Source of the DNA: an uncultured Candidatus Saccharibacteria bacterium
GTDB taxonomy: Bacteria; Patescibacteriota; UBA1384; XYA2-FULL-43-10; 1-14-0-10-43-13
DNA: 32,000 bases
NCBI GenBank assembly: GCA_964543385.1
Contig: CAZIYE010000001.1
Span: 270,001-302,000 of the forward strand
Direction of reading: 5' to 3'
Shown here: one piece after another, positions 31,383 to 32,000 of the stretch
How positions within the stretch are numbered: the stretch's first letter is position 1
How the letters are laid out: each line of letters begins with the position of its first letter
Position numbers and translations under genes: made by a program
Notes under the pieces: model-generated
What the model was told of the DNA's origin: nothing
What the model saw: only the letters and a program-made list of their open reading frames with translations
Database searches by the model: none

Positions 31383-32000
31383 TTAGAACGAAATCGTAAT
31401 ATTGTAGTAGTAAAACAAAAACACGATAATAACAACTACTGCAAGTATAATTGATACAACCCATGGCCAAGTTTTACCCTTTGGCTTTTCTTCCTCGCCC
31501 GCAAAGGAAACTTGCTGATCAGTCTCGGCTACAGCAAGCTTAGACGGATCCGATTGAGGCAAAGACGAAACATTTATATTTCCATTATTTGGCAAGCTAA
31601 ATGGCGCACTATTATTCATAGAAGCATCAATTTCTTCAATATTCGGTGGTATAGGAGCACTAGCTTGATCGAAGGAAGGGGACTGCGACACTGCTGAAGC
31701 GGCGACTGAGGCAGCATTTTTGCTCAAATCAACGAGCTCTTTATTATCGATCAGGGGAGTCCCTTGCTCAACGTTTACCGGCGTTGGATTACTAGAAATC
31801 ATAGGAGCAGGTGGCTGAACTTCACTAGCAACAGGGGCAACTTGATCCGCTGTTCCAGGGACCTGGCTTTCCGGCATAAATTCATTGAGTCCGCCAACGA
31901 CTTGCTGAGTATTCGGCAAGACTTCTGGAATAGGAGGCTCGACGATCTGATTTGGCAAATTAGTTTGAGGATTCTGTGGATTTTGAGTATTTTGATCCAT
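31383..32000 (-). CDS. Pro/Gln/Asn-rich protein with C-terminal TM segment
   Basis: MDQNTQNPQNPQTNLP...GKTWPWVVSIILAVVVIIVFLFYYYNITISF; starts at the window edge. Confidence 0.6.
   Translation of the reverse strand: MDQNTQNPQNPQTNLPNQIVEPPIPEVLPNTQQVVGGLNEFMPESQVPGTADQVAPVASEVQPPAPMISSNPTPVNVEQGTPLIDNKELVDLSKNAASVAASAVSQSPSFDQASAPIPPNIEEIDASMNNSAPFSLPNNGNINVSSLPQSDPSKLAVAETDQQVSFAGEEEKPKGKTWPWVVSIILAVVVIIVFLFYYYNITISF

Overview
AT-rich bacterial chromosomal window, probably from a small-genome Patescibacteria/CPR-type organism (inference only). It has a fragmented rRNA locus. On the minus strand, in transcription order, are 16S (~22.96-24.41 kb), tRNA-Ile(GAT), tRNA-Ala(TGC), 23S (~5.62-8.44 kb) and 5S. 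About 14.5 kb of protein genes separate 16S from 23S, and 16S has its own promoter and terminator. Recognisable genes include fpg/mutM, a HAD phosphatase, a PadR regulator, an HD-domain protein, uppS, a three-gene prepilin/PilX-like cluster, a DUF1861-like protein, a Kef-type antiporter, an MFS transporter, a NIF3-like protein, an MGDG-synthase-like glycosyltransferase, clpP and tig. Observations not covered by the ORF track: (1) a tiny unit next to padR encoding MTIDPCGGCCGGCGK (tandem CGGC motifs) with its own terminator and a promoter-like element; (2) two genes whose best start is AUA after GGAGG, one supported by a type IV prepilin motif upstream of the first conventional start; (3) a CYTH-domain pseudogene with multiple lesions; (4) a run of strong hairpins after 16S, a long 23S processing stem interrupted by a separate hairpin, and a tRNA-Ile enclosed in an inverted repeat; (5) a duplicated secreted-domain family and several orphan short Cys-containing proteins. 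No CRISPR array, transposase, integrase or phage module was seen.
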